The translations under genes were made by a program, and so were the position numbers. A stretch of 29,091 nt of DNA from a virus (Duplodnaviria > Caudoviricetes): the IMG/VR virus record IMGVR_UViG_3300020314_000025, positions 1 through 29,091 of that record. One strand, written 5' to 3'. This document shows, piece after piece, positions 1-8,312 of the stretch (its first letter is position 1; every line of letters begins with the position of its first letter). The notes beneath the pieces are model-generated. The model worked only from the letters and a program-made list of their open reading frames with translations. It had not been told where the DNA came from and searched no databases.

Positions 1-270
1 ATAGTTAACATAAAAACATTTATCATGTATGTGAGGTAAGTAATGAGCACCTGACATTGATATGATATCGTCTTTGTGATATACAAGTGTCCAGTATTCC
101 AATGCACCCCATTTACCAAACTTTAATGCTTTTAAACTTGCATTGTTTTTATTTCCCTCTTCACCGCATTTTACACAAAACTCTTTCAACTTATCTAGTT
201 GAGAAGGATCATATTCTACAGTTCTAAATTCTAAATTATCTACACCGGTAAATTCTTCTAATACTTTCAT
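1..270 (-). CDS. Hypothetical protein, 3' end outside window; possibly GNAT/acyltransferase-like
   Basis: Not in the ORF track. Read by hand as MKVLEEFTGVDNLEFRTVEYDPSQLDKLKEFCVKCGEEGNKNNASLKALKFGKWGALEYWTLVYHKDDIISMSGAHYLPHIHDKCFYVNY, 90 open codons to the window edge. Its ATG overlaps the upstream stop (TAATG). The GNAT guess rests only on the 'WTLVYHKDDIISMSG' beta-hairpin pattern. Confidence 0.7.
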   Translation of the reverse strand, partial: MKVLEEFTGVDNLEFRTVEYDPSQLDKLKEFCVKCGEEGNKNNASLKALKFGKWGALEYWTLVYHKDDIISMSGAHYLPHIHDKCFYVNY

Positions 271-440
271 TACCACCAACCTAGTAAATGACCGTTACCT
301 AATATAATCATAACACACGTAGCAATATGTAATAATACCCAAAACGTTCTTATGATTAACATTTGCTTATCGTAAGGTTTAGTCTTATCATCTGAATAAG
401 AACCTAATGCAAACTGCCAAATTTTAATTAACTCTTTCAT
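270..440 (-). CDS. Small membrane protein (56 aa)
   Basis: Below the ORF-track cutoff. Sequence MKELIKIWQFALGSYSDDKTKPYDKQMLIIRTFWVLLHIATCVMIILGNGHLLGWW has one hydrophobic helix. It has an ATGA overlap with the desaturase stop and a TAATG overlap with the next gene, and resembles small proteins of marine T4-like phages. Confidence 0.75.
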   Translation of the reverse strand: MKELIKIWQFALGSYSDDKTKPYDKQMLIIRTFWVLLHIATCVMIILGNGHLLGWW

Positions 441-1159
441 TTTTTAGCCAACAATACTGGTATGTAATATTTGCCTGCCCAATCAGTTAGGTCATCACGT
501 GACATATCTAATCTGCTAGAATATTTGTGATGTATATCATGACAGCCTTCACCCATCATCCATATATTTGAAAAGCCTCCTAGTCTTATTGCTTTACCGT
601 CATGTGCCGCAAAGTTTAACCAGTTTAATGCTAACCACATATGAGTAAAGTTAAATGCCTGCCAAATAACTAACCACGGAGTTATTACAAAATGAATGGC
701 AGTTATTAATGCATATAGTTTCCAATAGTGTTTACTAATAAAAACCACGTCACGTTTCTTTAATAAGAATCTCATACTGATATAATCAGTTGGTGTATTA
801 TACCAACCTAACCACATCTTAAAAAAGCCTAGTTCTTTTGGATTGTGTGTATCTTTATCGCTATCGGCATTCTTATGATGATTTAAATGTGAATAAACAT
901 AATGAATAGGATTACCATTAGCACTAATGACAATACTATAAAGCATTGCAATTCTTCCCACAATATGTGGAACAAATTGGTCATGGCATAACCATCTATG
1001 ATATGCAATTTGTGATAATGCATTTGTTAGACAACCGTACAATGTAAATAACAATGCCATTTGCCATGAGCCGCCTGATATAAAGTAAGCTGGTATACCT
1101 ATCAATGCAATCAAAAGCATTGTAAATACTTTTATAGTAACCTTATATTTGTATTCCAT
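437..1159 (-). CDS. Membrane fatty acid desaturase (delta-9/DesC-OLE1-like superfamily)
   Basis: Three His boxes (HRWLCH, HLNHH, GEGCHDIHH), a D-x-H-x-P motif after box 2, and hydrophobic transmembrane segments. Confidence 0.9.
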   Translation of the reverse strand: MEYKYKVTIKVFTMLLIALIGIPAYFISGGSWQMALLFTLYGCLTNALSQIAYHRWLCHDQFVPHIVGRIAMLYSIVISANGNPIHYVYSHLNHHKNADSDKDTHNPKELGFFKMWLGWYNTPTDYISMRFLLKKRDVVFISKHYWKLYALITAIHFVITPWLVIWQAFNFTHMWLALNWLNFAAHDGKAIRLGGFSNIWMMGEGCHDIHHKYSSRLDMSRDDLTDWAGKYYIPVLLAKK

Positions 1160-2853
1160 TACGCAATATTCCTAGATACTTTTGCTAGTGCCTCTTTCAA
1201 TACTTGCTTGTAGTCTTTTCCTTCAAATAAAAACTTACGGTGCCAATCGTAGGCATGTGGTGCATACTTACCGTTTTCTTTACTCATTTTATTACAGTAT
1301 TCAAACATGATATTGGCTTTTTCAATTAATTCTTTTCTAGTATTTAGTTTGACACTATCATCAAACTTGTTTAAATACACGGCTAACATAGCCCACATGT
1401 AGTCTGGATATACACCATTACCTATATAGTTTGTAGGTCTTTTATATTCGTTCCAACATGCCTCTTTGTGATTTCTTTCAATACCTAATTGCTTTTGTTT
1501 ACGCCAGAAAGGTGTATCTTCTCTATCTGATAAAGTAAAATGAAATGCAATAAAGTCTGCAATACCATCTTCTAATTGGCACATGTTTCTATTGTATGCA
1601 TAAATTTGTGAAGGACTAATTACTGCATCTTCATCTTTAGCACGATTGATAAGTCTATGTACTAACTGAATACATGCCTGTGCAACATACAATGAATTAG
1701 CTTCCATTGGTTCTACAAACGCACCAGCCATTCCGATACCAACTACATTTTTATTCCAAGGAGTTTTCATACGACCTGACTCCCATGTAATATGTCTTGG
1801 TTCTTTAATAAACTTATATCCTTCCCAATACTTCATAAACTTTTTCTTGGCATCTTCTGGACTTATCTCAGTTCTATCAAAGATATATCCTGAACCCATA
1901 CGATTGAATAGTGAAATAATAAATGTCCAACCTTCATCACCTGCATATGATTGTGTGTAAGGTCTAAACTCTGAATAAACATCTTTATATTCTACTGGAC
2001 CTACAATCGCATCACGTGTAAAGATATGGTCATAATCATGCCAACCATTATTCATTGTTCCTGTTAGTAAACGATTAAAGCCAGTTGCATCACAGAATAA
2101 ATCTGCTTCAAATTCTGATCCATCTTCTAATACTAATTTCTCTACGTAACCTTCATTGTCTTTTACAATATCTTTTACATGACCCCAAACATGCTTTACG
2201 CCATTAGGCAATGCAACTCTATCTCTAACTACTTCTGGAAATCTTTCTGCATCTACATGATATGTTTTTGCCTGCCAGTTACCGATAAGAATATTATCAT
2301 CCATATCAAATGGTGCTTTATTCATGTCCATTAGATATGTTTGTTCTTGCATATCCTCAGACATTTCCCACCAGTTCTTTCTGCCATCACGGCATAACTG
2401 TAACCAATAGTCATTCCATTTATCATCTACACCAGGATCACCTTTTGAGTTAGTAAAGAAATCTTTTGTTTGTAATTGATGATAGAAACTTGTTGTTAAA
2501 TGTTTTTCAGGTAAAGCAAATGAGAATGAAAAATATTGTTCTTCAAACTTAGAACAATTCCAGTGATTAGTAACATGGTGTCTATTGCCTTCTCTGTTCC
2601 AACCAACAAACTTATTACCTAATTTGTATATTGAATTTGTGTGGCTCATCCAGTCACGTTCTTCAATACCCATTTCTTTAAAGAAGTCACCAAGTTGAGG
2701 TATAGTACTTTCACCTACACCAATGATGCCTATCTTTTTACTTTCAATTAATGTAATATCAATGTCAGGATTTTTGTATTTTAAATATCCAGCAGTGAAC
2801 CAACCTGCCGCTCCACCACCTAGAATAACAATTTTATTTACTTTATTCTTCAT
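1159..2853 (-). CDS. Flavin-dependent halogenase (tryptophan halogenase PrnA-like family)
   Basis: Motifs GGGAAG (FAD binding), IGVGEST, catalytic-Lys motif YKLGNKFVGW, YHVDAERF, DLFCDATGF and FVEPMEA. The WxWxIP motif appears as WTFIIS. Confidence 0.88.
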   Translation of the reverse strand: MKNKVNKIVILGGGAAGWFTAGYLKYKNPDIDITLIESKKIGIIGVGESTIPQLGDFFKEMGIEERDWMSHTNSIYKLGNKFVGWNREGNRHHVTNHWNCSKFEEQYFSFSFALPEKHLTTSFYHQLQTKDFFTNSKGDPGVDDKWNDYWLQLCRDGRKNWWEMSEDMQEQTYLMDMNKAPFDMDDNILIGNWQAKTYHVDAERFPEVVRDRVALPNGVKHVWGHVKDIVKDNEGYVEKLVLEDGSEFEADLFCDATGFNRLLTGTMNNGWHDYDHIFTRDAIVGPVEYKDVYSEFRPYTQSYAGDEGWTFIISLFNRMGSGYIFDRTEISPEDAKKKFMKYWEGYKFIKEPRHITWESGRMKTPWNKNVVGIGMAGAFVEPMEANSLYVAQACIQLVHRLINRAKDEDAVISPSQIYAYNRNMCQLEDGIADFIAFHFTLSDREDTPFWRKQKQLGIERNHKEACWNEYKRPTNYIGNGVYPDYMWAMLAVYLNKFDDSVKLNTRKELIEKANIMFEYCNKMSKENGKYAPHAYDWHRKFLFEGKDYKQVLKEALAKVSRNIA

Positions 2854-4220
2854 TCCGTCTCCACAAACTTTTCTCTCACAACATGTCGCTGAACCTTACC
2901 CATTCTATTTCTAGGTAAAGGATCATTAGTAACAATTATTTCTTTTGGTATCTCGTATTGGAATAACTTGTCCTTAGCAAACTTGAGTAATTCCATAGTA
3001 TTTATCTCTACATCAGATGATACTATTGCAACTACTTCCTTTTCTCCTAAGTCTCTATCACGATACGTGACACAAACTTCGTTTACATCAGGGTGTGGAA
3101 TGAATGCATTTTCAATACTTACAGGAGATACGTTGAAACTATTTACTTTGAATAAATCTGTTTTTCTTGATTTGTAAAACAATAGATTATGTTGACGTTC
3201 AAGTACATCACCAGTACACCAATAACCTTCATCGTCTATAGGTGTTTCTTGATTTAGATAACCTTTAGTAATGAGTGGACCTTTAATCCAACATACATTA
3301 TATCTATCTAATTTAAATTGATAGTTCTCAGTAACATGGATTTGTAATGGATATGGATCATTTGGTAATACTAGGTGTGTAAACATTGGTACATGAGTTT
3401 CAGTACAACCAAATAGATTTCTTAATGCTGGAGCACCTTTATCAAATAGTTCTTGTAACATTTCATTAGGACAAACTGTACTACCAAATCCTAGTTCACG
3501 CCAATGCGATAAATCTAATTCTTTCCAGCCTCTTGTTTTATGTAAAGCAACCATCATAGCTGGAACTATAATACCGATTGTAGGTTTGTACTCATTATTA
3601 ATCTCAATAAATTTTCTTGGATTAAACATTTCCATAAGTACCGTACAACCTTTCATTAGACCAGGTAGAACATAAAGATATAATCCACCGATAGTCCAAG
3701 GAGGTAATTGAGATAACACAAAATCATCTGCAACCAAACTATGTATCTTACTACTTTGTACTGAACCTTGTGTACATGCAAACCTTGTGTGTGGGACAGC
3801 CTTAGGCTCTCCTGTAGTACCGCTTGTAAAGATAACGGTATACAAGTCGCTTGTATTCTTTTTGAATAGCAAACCTTGATTATGAGGTTGTAGATTTAAT
3901 GCATCTTCCTCATTTAGAATGACATGGTCAGGTTTACTAGCTGATTTAATTTGGTCTAATACATGTTCTGGTAACTCTGGCATAGTAGGCATAAATGTTA
4001 TACCTAGTTTATCACATGCCAGAACCATTCTTAAGTAATGATATTCTTTTTTACTGGCAAACAATACACGTTCACCAGGTTTGATTGCAGTTGAAATTGT
4101 GGCTGAAAGTTTTTCTACACTATCTACCAATTCTGAATATGTATATTTTTTGTCGTGGCAGATAAGGGCGGTCTTTCCGCCGTTACTTTTCGCCTGTACT
4201 TTTATTGCTTCCCAAATCAT
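2850..4220 (-). CDS. ANL-superfamily adenylate-forming enzyme (acyl-CoA synthetase/AMP-ligase)
   Basis: Motifs FTSGTTGEPK, FGCTET, TGD, RKTDLFKVNSFNVSPVSIE and C-terminal LPRNRMGK. Confidence 0.9.
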   Translation of the reverse strand: MIWEAIKVQAKSNGGKTALICHDKKYTYSELVDSVEKLSATISTAIKPGERVLFASKKEYHYLRMVLACDKLGITFMPTMPELPEHVLDQIKSASKPDHVILNEEDALNLQPHNQGLLFKKNTSDLYTVIFTSGTTGEPKAVPHTRFACTQGSVQSSKIHSLVADDFVLSQLPPWTIGGLYLYVLPGLMKGCTVLMEMFNPRKFIEINNEYKPTIGIIVPAMMVALHKTRGWKELDLSHWRELGFGSTVCPNEMLQELFDKGAPALRNLFGCTETHVPMFTHLVLPNDPYPLQIHVTENYQFKLDRYNVCWIKGPLITKGYLNQETPIDDEGYWCTGDVLERQHNLLFYKSRKTDLFKVNSFNVSPVSIENAFIPHPDVNEVCVTYRDRDLGEKEVVAIVSSDVEINTMELLKFAKDKLFQYEIPKEIIVTNDPLPRNRMGKVQRHVVREKFVETE

Positions 4221-4229
4221 GATATATTT

Positions 4230-4258
4230 ATTATAACAAAAAAAGGGAGAGAAGTCAA
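4230..4258 (-). promoter_or_regulatory. Sigma70-type promoter for the ligase-halogenase-desaturase operon
   Basis: Minus strand TTGACT-17 nt-TATAAT with a TGn extended -10. The ATG lies 9 nt after the -10 box with no Shine-Dalgarno, so the transcript is nearly leaderless. Confidence 0.8.
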
Positions 4259-4271
4259 TACCTCTCTCCCT
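4238..4271 (-). terminator. Rho-independent terminator after the AAA ATPase
   Basis: Minus strand AGGGAGAGAGG-TATTGA-CTTCTCTCCCT followed by TTTTTT. Confidence 0.8.
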
Positions 4272-4293
4272 GCTTAAACCAATAATGTCTGCT

Positions 4294-5418
4294 TTATTGG
4301 TTGTGAGCCTCGATAATTAGTTTACCGTATTTCTTGAAGAACTCCTCGATACATGGAACCTTTCTAGGCTCAAGTGGGAGTTTGTAAACTTTAAGTGCAG
4401 TTCTACCACCAAGAACAATCATTTCAGTTTCAAAGTTGTCCATCATGAACTTGAAAAAGTTATTAGCCATGTCATACAACTTGTCAGAACCTTTGTTCTT
4501 TTCTGCATACTCTTTAAGTTCATAACAAAGTGATGCAGTAAGTGAGAACATTGCAGAGATTTCCTTACCCTCTCTTGAAAGTGTTTTTACTTTACCTGAA
4601 AGAATATCAGTAGGGTTTGGAAGTTTCCCAGAAATAGCCCTGTGAGCCATAAACTTAGTAGCAACACCGTCACCAACAGTACCAGCAACCAAGTCATGAA
4701 GTTTACTATCCTCGATAGTCTCACCTTCTTGTGGCATCAACTGTGATGTAAAAGTCCAAGACCTTGGAGTTGCGAAAGCCCTTGATGCAGTTTTAGGGTC
4801 AAAGTTAAACAAGTCCATTTTGTTACTTGTAAGATAACCAACAACATCAGAATGGATTTTGTTTTCAAGAGCCCATACCTGCCAATCATCAAAGTCAACA
4901 CCCATTTCTAAGTGTACGAACCTGTTAGCAAGTGGAGAAGGCATTCTATAAGCAACACCCCTATCTGATTCTCTGTTACCTGCGGCAACAATCAGAACAT
5001 TATCAGGGAGTGTGTAAGTACCCAATCGTCTGTTAAGAATAAGTTGATAAGCCGCCGCTTGAACAGATTGCGGTGCTTGGTTCATTTCGTCCAAGAACAA
5101 TACAATACATTCGAATTGGTCAGCTAATTCTTGAGTAGGCAAATCAGCAGGCGGAGCCCACATCATTTGACCTGTTTTCTCATTATAGTATGGGATACCC
5201 CTTAAGTCAGTTGGCTCCATAAGAGCAAGTCTGAGGTCAATCATCATACCAGCACGTTCTTGAGTGATAGTATCAACAATCTCAGATTTACCGACACCCG
5301 GAGGGCCCCAAATAAATACCGGACGCTTTCTATTAAAAGCATAATTTACTTCTGATTTGATATCGCTAGGCTTTACAATCCTAACATCTAAATCGTTCAT
5401 TGAAACTTGAGCAGACAT
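4294..5418 (-). CDS. MoxR-like AAA+ ATPase
   Basis: Walker A GPPGVGKS, Walker B LFLDEMN, sensor AAGN and LANRF. Start moved to the second Met (MSAQV, 5418) because it has an AAAGGA RBS; the track start is 5442. Confidence 0.88.
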   Translation of the reverse strand: MSAQVSMNDLDVRIVKPSDIKSEVNYAFNRKRPVFIWGPPGVGKSEIVDTITQERAGMMIDLRLALMEPTDLRGIPYYNEKTGQMMWAPPADLPTQELADQFECIVLFLDEMNQAPQSVQAAAYQLILNRRLGTYTLPDNVLIVAAGNRESDRGVAYRMPSPLANRFVHLEMGVDFDDWQVWALENKIHSDVVGYLTSNKMDLFNFDPKTASRAFATPRSWTFTSQLMPQEGETIEDSKLHDLVAGTVGDGVATKFMAHRAISGKLPNPTDILSGKVKTLSREGKEISAMFSLTASLCYELKEYAEKNKGSDKLYDMANNFFKFMMDNFETEMIVLGGRTALKVYKLPLEPRKVPCIEEFFKKYGKLIIEAHNQ

Positions 5419-5451
5419 ATTATCAGTTCCTTTCTTTGTCATTATGTATAC

Positions 5452-5479
5452 ATAATAACACGATTCGTGATTCTGTCAA
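5452..5479 (-). promoter_or_regulatory. Sigma70-type promoter upstream of the AAA ATPase
   Basis: TTGACA-16 nt-TATTAT with a TGn extended -10. The spacer holds two GANTC sites and the palindrome CACGA-T-TCGTG. Confidence 0.7.
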
Positions 5480-5513
5480 GTTTTTACACCTAATTAAAAA
5501 CCCTTGATTATCG

Positions 5514-5894
5514 CTATTTTTCTTTAGAAAGATTATATTTCTGTTCAACCCAATAGTGTATTCCTAGTAATAATATCTCAGCCGCTACAGATTCTTCATA
5601 TAAACGGAGTTTTTTATTATTAAGGATATATGGTGATTTTAGATATCGGTCTAACATTAAGACCATTCTGCCTGATATTTGAGTAGTTGGATCCATATCA
5701 TCCACAGGAACGTTAGTAATTGTATATTCTTTAAAGTGCTTTTTCATCATATTAGCACCAAAAGATGTCAATCTAAAATTCTCTGTATTGCTGGATGAAC
5801 TTATGAAAATGTCATTGGTACGAAATTCTTTCCGCCCTGCTTTGCGACCCTTAGTATTCTCGTTAAGATACTTTATGAGTTCGTCTTTTCTCAC
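5514..5894 (-). CDS. Hypothetical protein
   Basis: 126 aa ORF whose GTG start overlaps the upstream stop (TAGTG). Confidence 0.7.
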   Translation of the reverse strand: MRKDELIKYLNENTKGRKAGRKEFRTNDIFISSSSNTENFRLTSFGANMMKKHFKEYTITNVPVDDMDPTTQISGRMVLMLDRYLKSPYILNNKKLRLYEESVAAEILLLGIHYWVEQKYNLSKEK

Positions 5895-6184
5895 TAGTCT
5901 AACTCAAGTTTTTCGCCTTTAGTTAAAACATACACTTCAAATTCGTCACACTTGAATAAAGAATTTAATCTTTGTGCTAGATTGATTGCATGTCCTGGAT
6001 TACTAAAACTCACTTTCTTGTATTTAGGACCTGGGAAATTTACCAATGAATTTAGACTACGTAAATTTATAGCAACACCTTTATAGAAAACCGCATATAC
6101 GGCATCTGCTTTTAGCACTTGCTCACTTCTGTAAGTCTTATTATCAGTATGTTCCAATAGTATAGTTGGTTTAGGTCTCGCCAT
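5894..6184 (-). CDS. Hypothetical phage protein
   Basis: 96 aa ORF with an AAAGGA RBS, preceded by ATAAATA motifs. Confidence 0.75.
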   Translation of the reverse strand: MARPKPTILLEHTDNKTYRSEQVLKADAVYAVFYKGVAINLRSLNSLVNFPGPKYKKVSFSNPGHAINLAQRLNSLFKCDEFEVYVLTKGEKLELD

Positions 6185-6215
6185 AAATTATTATTTCCTT
6201 TATTAATTCTATATG

Positions 6216-6223
6216 TATTTATC
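6216..6223 (-). promoter_or_regulatory. T4-late-like promoter motif GATAAATA
   Basis: Intergenic AGATAAATAC upstream of the 96 aa gene, with a second copy at 6254-6261. Confidence 0.5.
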
Positions 6224-6256
6224 TAATTTTACAGAATTATATACGAATATATCTAT

Positions 6257-7516
6257 TTATCTAGGCTTATTACGTTGGGAGATCCACTTACGCATTTCTT
6301 TTTCGTCTTTCTCTGGAAGTACAAAAGTAAACTCTAGTTCTTCATCACCTCTTCTTACTTTGTATGTAAATTCATCACCAGGGAATGCCAAGATAGCTTT
6401 TTGTATCATAAGAAATGGACTTCTTACAATCTCGCCATTTAGTTCTAAAATAACATCTCCACTACGTATTCCTGCCTCATATGCTGAACCTTCTTCATTG
6501 TCATCCATATGAAAATAAATCATTCTTCTATCTTTTTTATCTAATTCTAGTTGACCATTTTCTTTCAATTCATCATATGTGAATGTTCTAAAAGAGTATG
6601 GCATTTCTGCATATGGAGTCCACTTAACGGGTTCGCCTTCTTTATAATTATCAAATGCATAATTGATTGCACGTTGAGATATTTCAGATGTAACTGCTAA
6701 ACCTACACCATCCCAACCAGGTATTTGTCTACCAGGAGATAATATACTCACAACAATACCTGCTACCTTTTGACCATCGGTAGTGATAACAGGACCACCA
6801 GAGTTTCCTTGATTAACAACGGCATCAATCTGCATATGTAAAGTATATATGCCTGTACCAAATCTGTTGATATAGTTGATAGTACCTGTTGATGCAGTAT
6901 ACGGTAAAGACATACCGTGACCAATAACAACTACTGGATCACCTTCTGTGATATCTGTATCAGAATTTTCTACAAACTCTAGGGCTTTCCATTCTTCGTT
7001 ATCTTTTTTTCTAATTCTTATAACAGCCACATCAGCGATAGGATCCATACCGATTATATCTGCATCATAATCCCACCAGTCTACTGCTGTGTTTACTTGA
7101 AGTTTGATATTCTTTTCCAACATAATTGCACGTTCAATAACGTGATAGTTGGTTGCGATGTAACCAAATTCATCATCTACTTTTATGAAAAAGCCAGTAC
7201 CTTGTCCTCCCATGTTTTGGACAAAGCTATCTTTTGTTGGTATTAGTTTTATATTTACGACACTTCGGAATGTTTCGTTGATTGTATGTTTGACATCACG
7301 TTCACCGTCAAAACCTTTGCCGTTAAATATTATGCCGTTTGCATCATATAAAAATTCGCCTGCATCTGGGTGTACTTTATCCCATACCCAACCGATACCT
7401 TTATGAATTGTAGTTTGTATTTCTCTCGTATAAGAATTTACTACAAATGATATTACCACTGCTAGTAATACAACTAGTGAGGTAGATAGTACCTTTTTCT
7501 TTTTCTTCGAATCCAT
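6257..7516 (-). CDS. HtrA/DegP-family serine protease with N-terminal membrane anchor and C-terminal PDZ domain
   Basis: Catalytic triad motifs TNYHVI, DVAVI and GNSGGP; PDZ-like SAYEAGIRSGDVILELNG; basic then hydrophobic N-terminus; GGAGG RBS. Confidence 0.92.
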   Translation of the reverse strand: MDSKKKKKVLSTSLVVLLAVVISFVVNSYTREIQTTIHKGIGWVWDKVHPDAGEFLYDANGIIFNGKGFDGERDVKHTINETFRSVVNIKLIPTKDSFVQNMGGQGTGFFIKVDDEFGYIATNYHVIERAIMLEKNIKLQVNTAVDWWDYDADIIGMDPIADVAVIRIRKKDNEEWKALEFVENSDTDITEGDPVVVIGHGMSLPYTASTGTINYINRFGTGIYTLHMQIDAVVNQGNSGGPVITTDGQKVAGIVVSILSPGRQIPGWDGVGLAVTSEISQRAINYAFDNYKEGEPVKWTPYAEMPYSFRTFTYDELKENGQLELDKKDRRMIYFHMDDNEEGSAYEAGIRSGDVILELNGEIVRSPFLMIQKAILAFPGDEFTYKVRRGDEELEFTFVLPEKDEKEMRKWISQRNKPR

Positions 7517-7530
7517 TGGATTCCTCCATT

Positions 7531-7722
7531 CTATTGGCGAAAATCTCCACCATCAATTACTATACTCCCCTTGTTGTTGGCTACTTCTTCTTTTTCTAAA
7601 AGCAATTTTGTAATTTCATACATTACTTCATTTGCATCTTGAATTGACAGTCTTATAGAATTCTCTTTACGGAAGTTTGCTCCGTTAACCGTTGCTATAA
7701 ACTGTTTTAAATTCTTATACAT
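7531..7722 (-). CDS. Hypothetical protein
   Basis: 63 aa ORF overlapping the upstream stop, in line with the operon. Confidence 0.65.
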   Translation of the reverse strand: MYKNLKQFIATVNGANFRKENSIRLSIQDANEVMYEITKLLLEKEEVANNKGSIVIDGGDFRQ

Positions 7723-8206
7723 CTTTACTTGCCTTTAGTGCTTCGGCTTCTACTTCTGATTTTGACTTAAATGGCCCTACAAATTCGTAGTTCTCTAAAG
7801 TTTCTAGCTTAACACAATAAGTATTACGCCAGACGCCGTTAAAATGTAACCCATAATAACCAGCGGCATAAAGCGTTTTACTAGTTTCTGTCTTTGTATA
7901 TACAGGTACTTGTTTTCCTTTTATGTCTTTTAGTACCGTATTAAACCCCTTGTGTTTGCATGGGTAACCCAAGACTTCATCTATAGATTTCCCATACTCT
8001 ACACTTTCAATGCGTTTGACAAGTTTTGGTTCTAGTATCGATGAACCATATTTCGTAGTAAGAGCATCAGTACTTAGGATTTCAACTCCTTCATTTCTGA
8101 TGATGACCTCAAAGTCTGAGTCATCTTTTTTTCTGATAGTACCCAACTTCACGCCGGCGTCTTCCAGTATCCAAAACTTGTCTTTTATAATCTCAGTTGT
8201 ATACAT
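7715..8206 (-). CDS. Hypothetical phage protein
   Basis: 163 aa ORF with an AGGT RBS. Confidence 0.75.
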   Translation of the reverse strand: MYTTEIIKDKFWILEDAGVKLGTIRKKDDSDFEVIIRNEGVEILSTDALTTKYGSSILEPKLVKRIESVEYGKSIDEVLGYPCKHKGFNTVLKDIKGKQVPVYTKTETSKTLYAAGYYGLHFNGVWRNTYCVKLETLENYEFVGPFKSKSEVEAEALKASKDV

Positions 8207-8219
8207 AGTTACCTAAAAT

Positions 8220-8254
8220 TATTAGCACAATATTATGTGCTAATATTATTTATC
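8220..8254 (-). promoter_or_regulatory. Late-like GATAAATA motif followed by a 10-bp inverted repeat
   Basis: Plus strand TATTAGCACA-ATATTA-TGTGCTAATA at 8220-8245; minus strand GATAAATA at 8247-8254. Confidence 0.5.
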
Positions 8255-8312
8255 CTTTCTTTTTCTGTCATTTACTGAAAATTCGTTAGAATGTAACAAT
8301 AAATTGACACAG

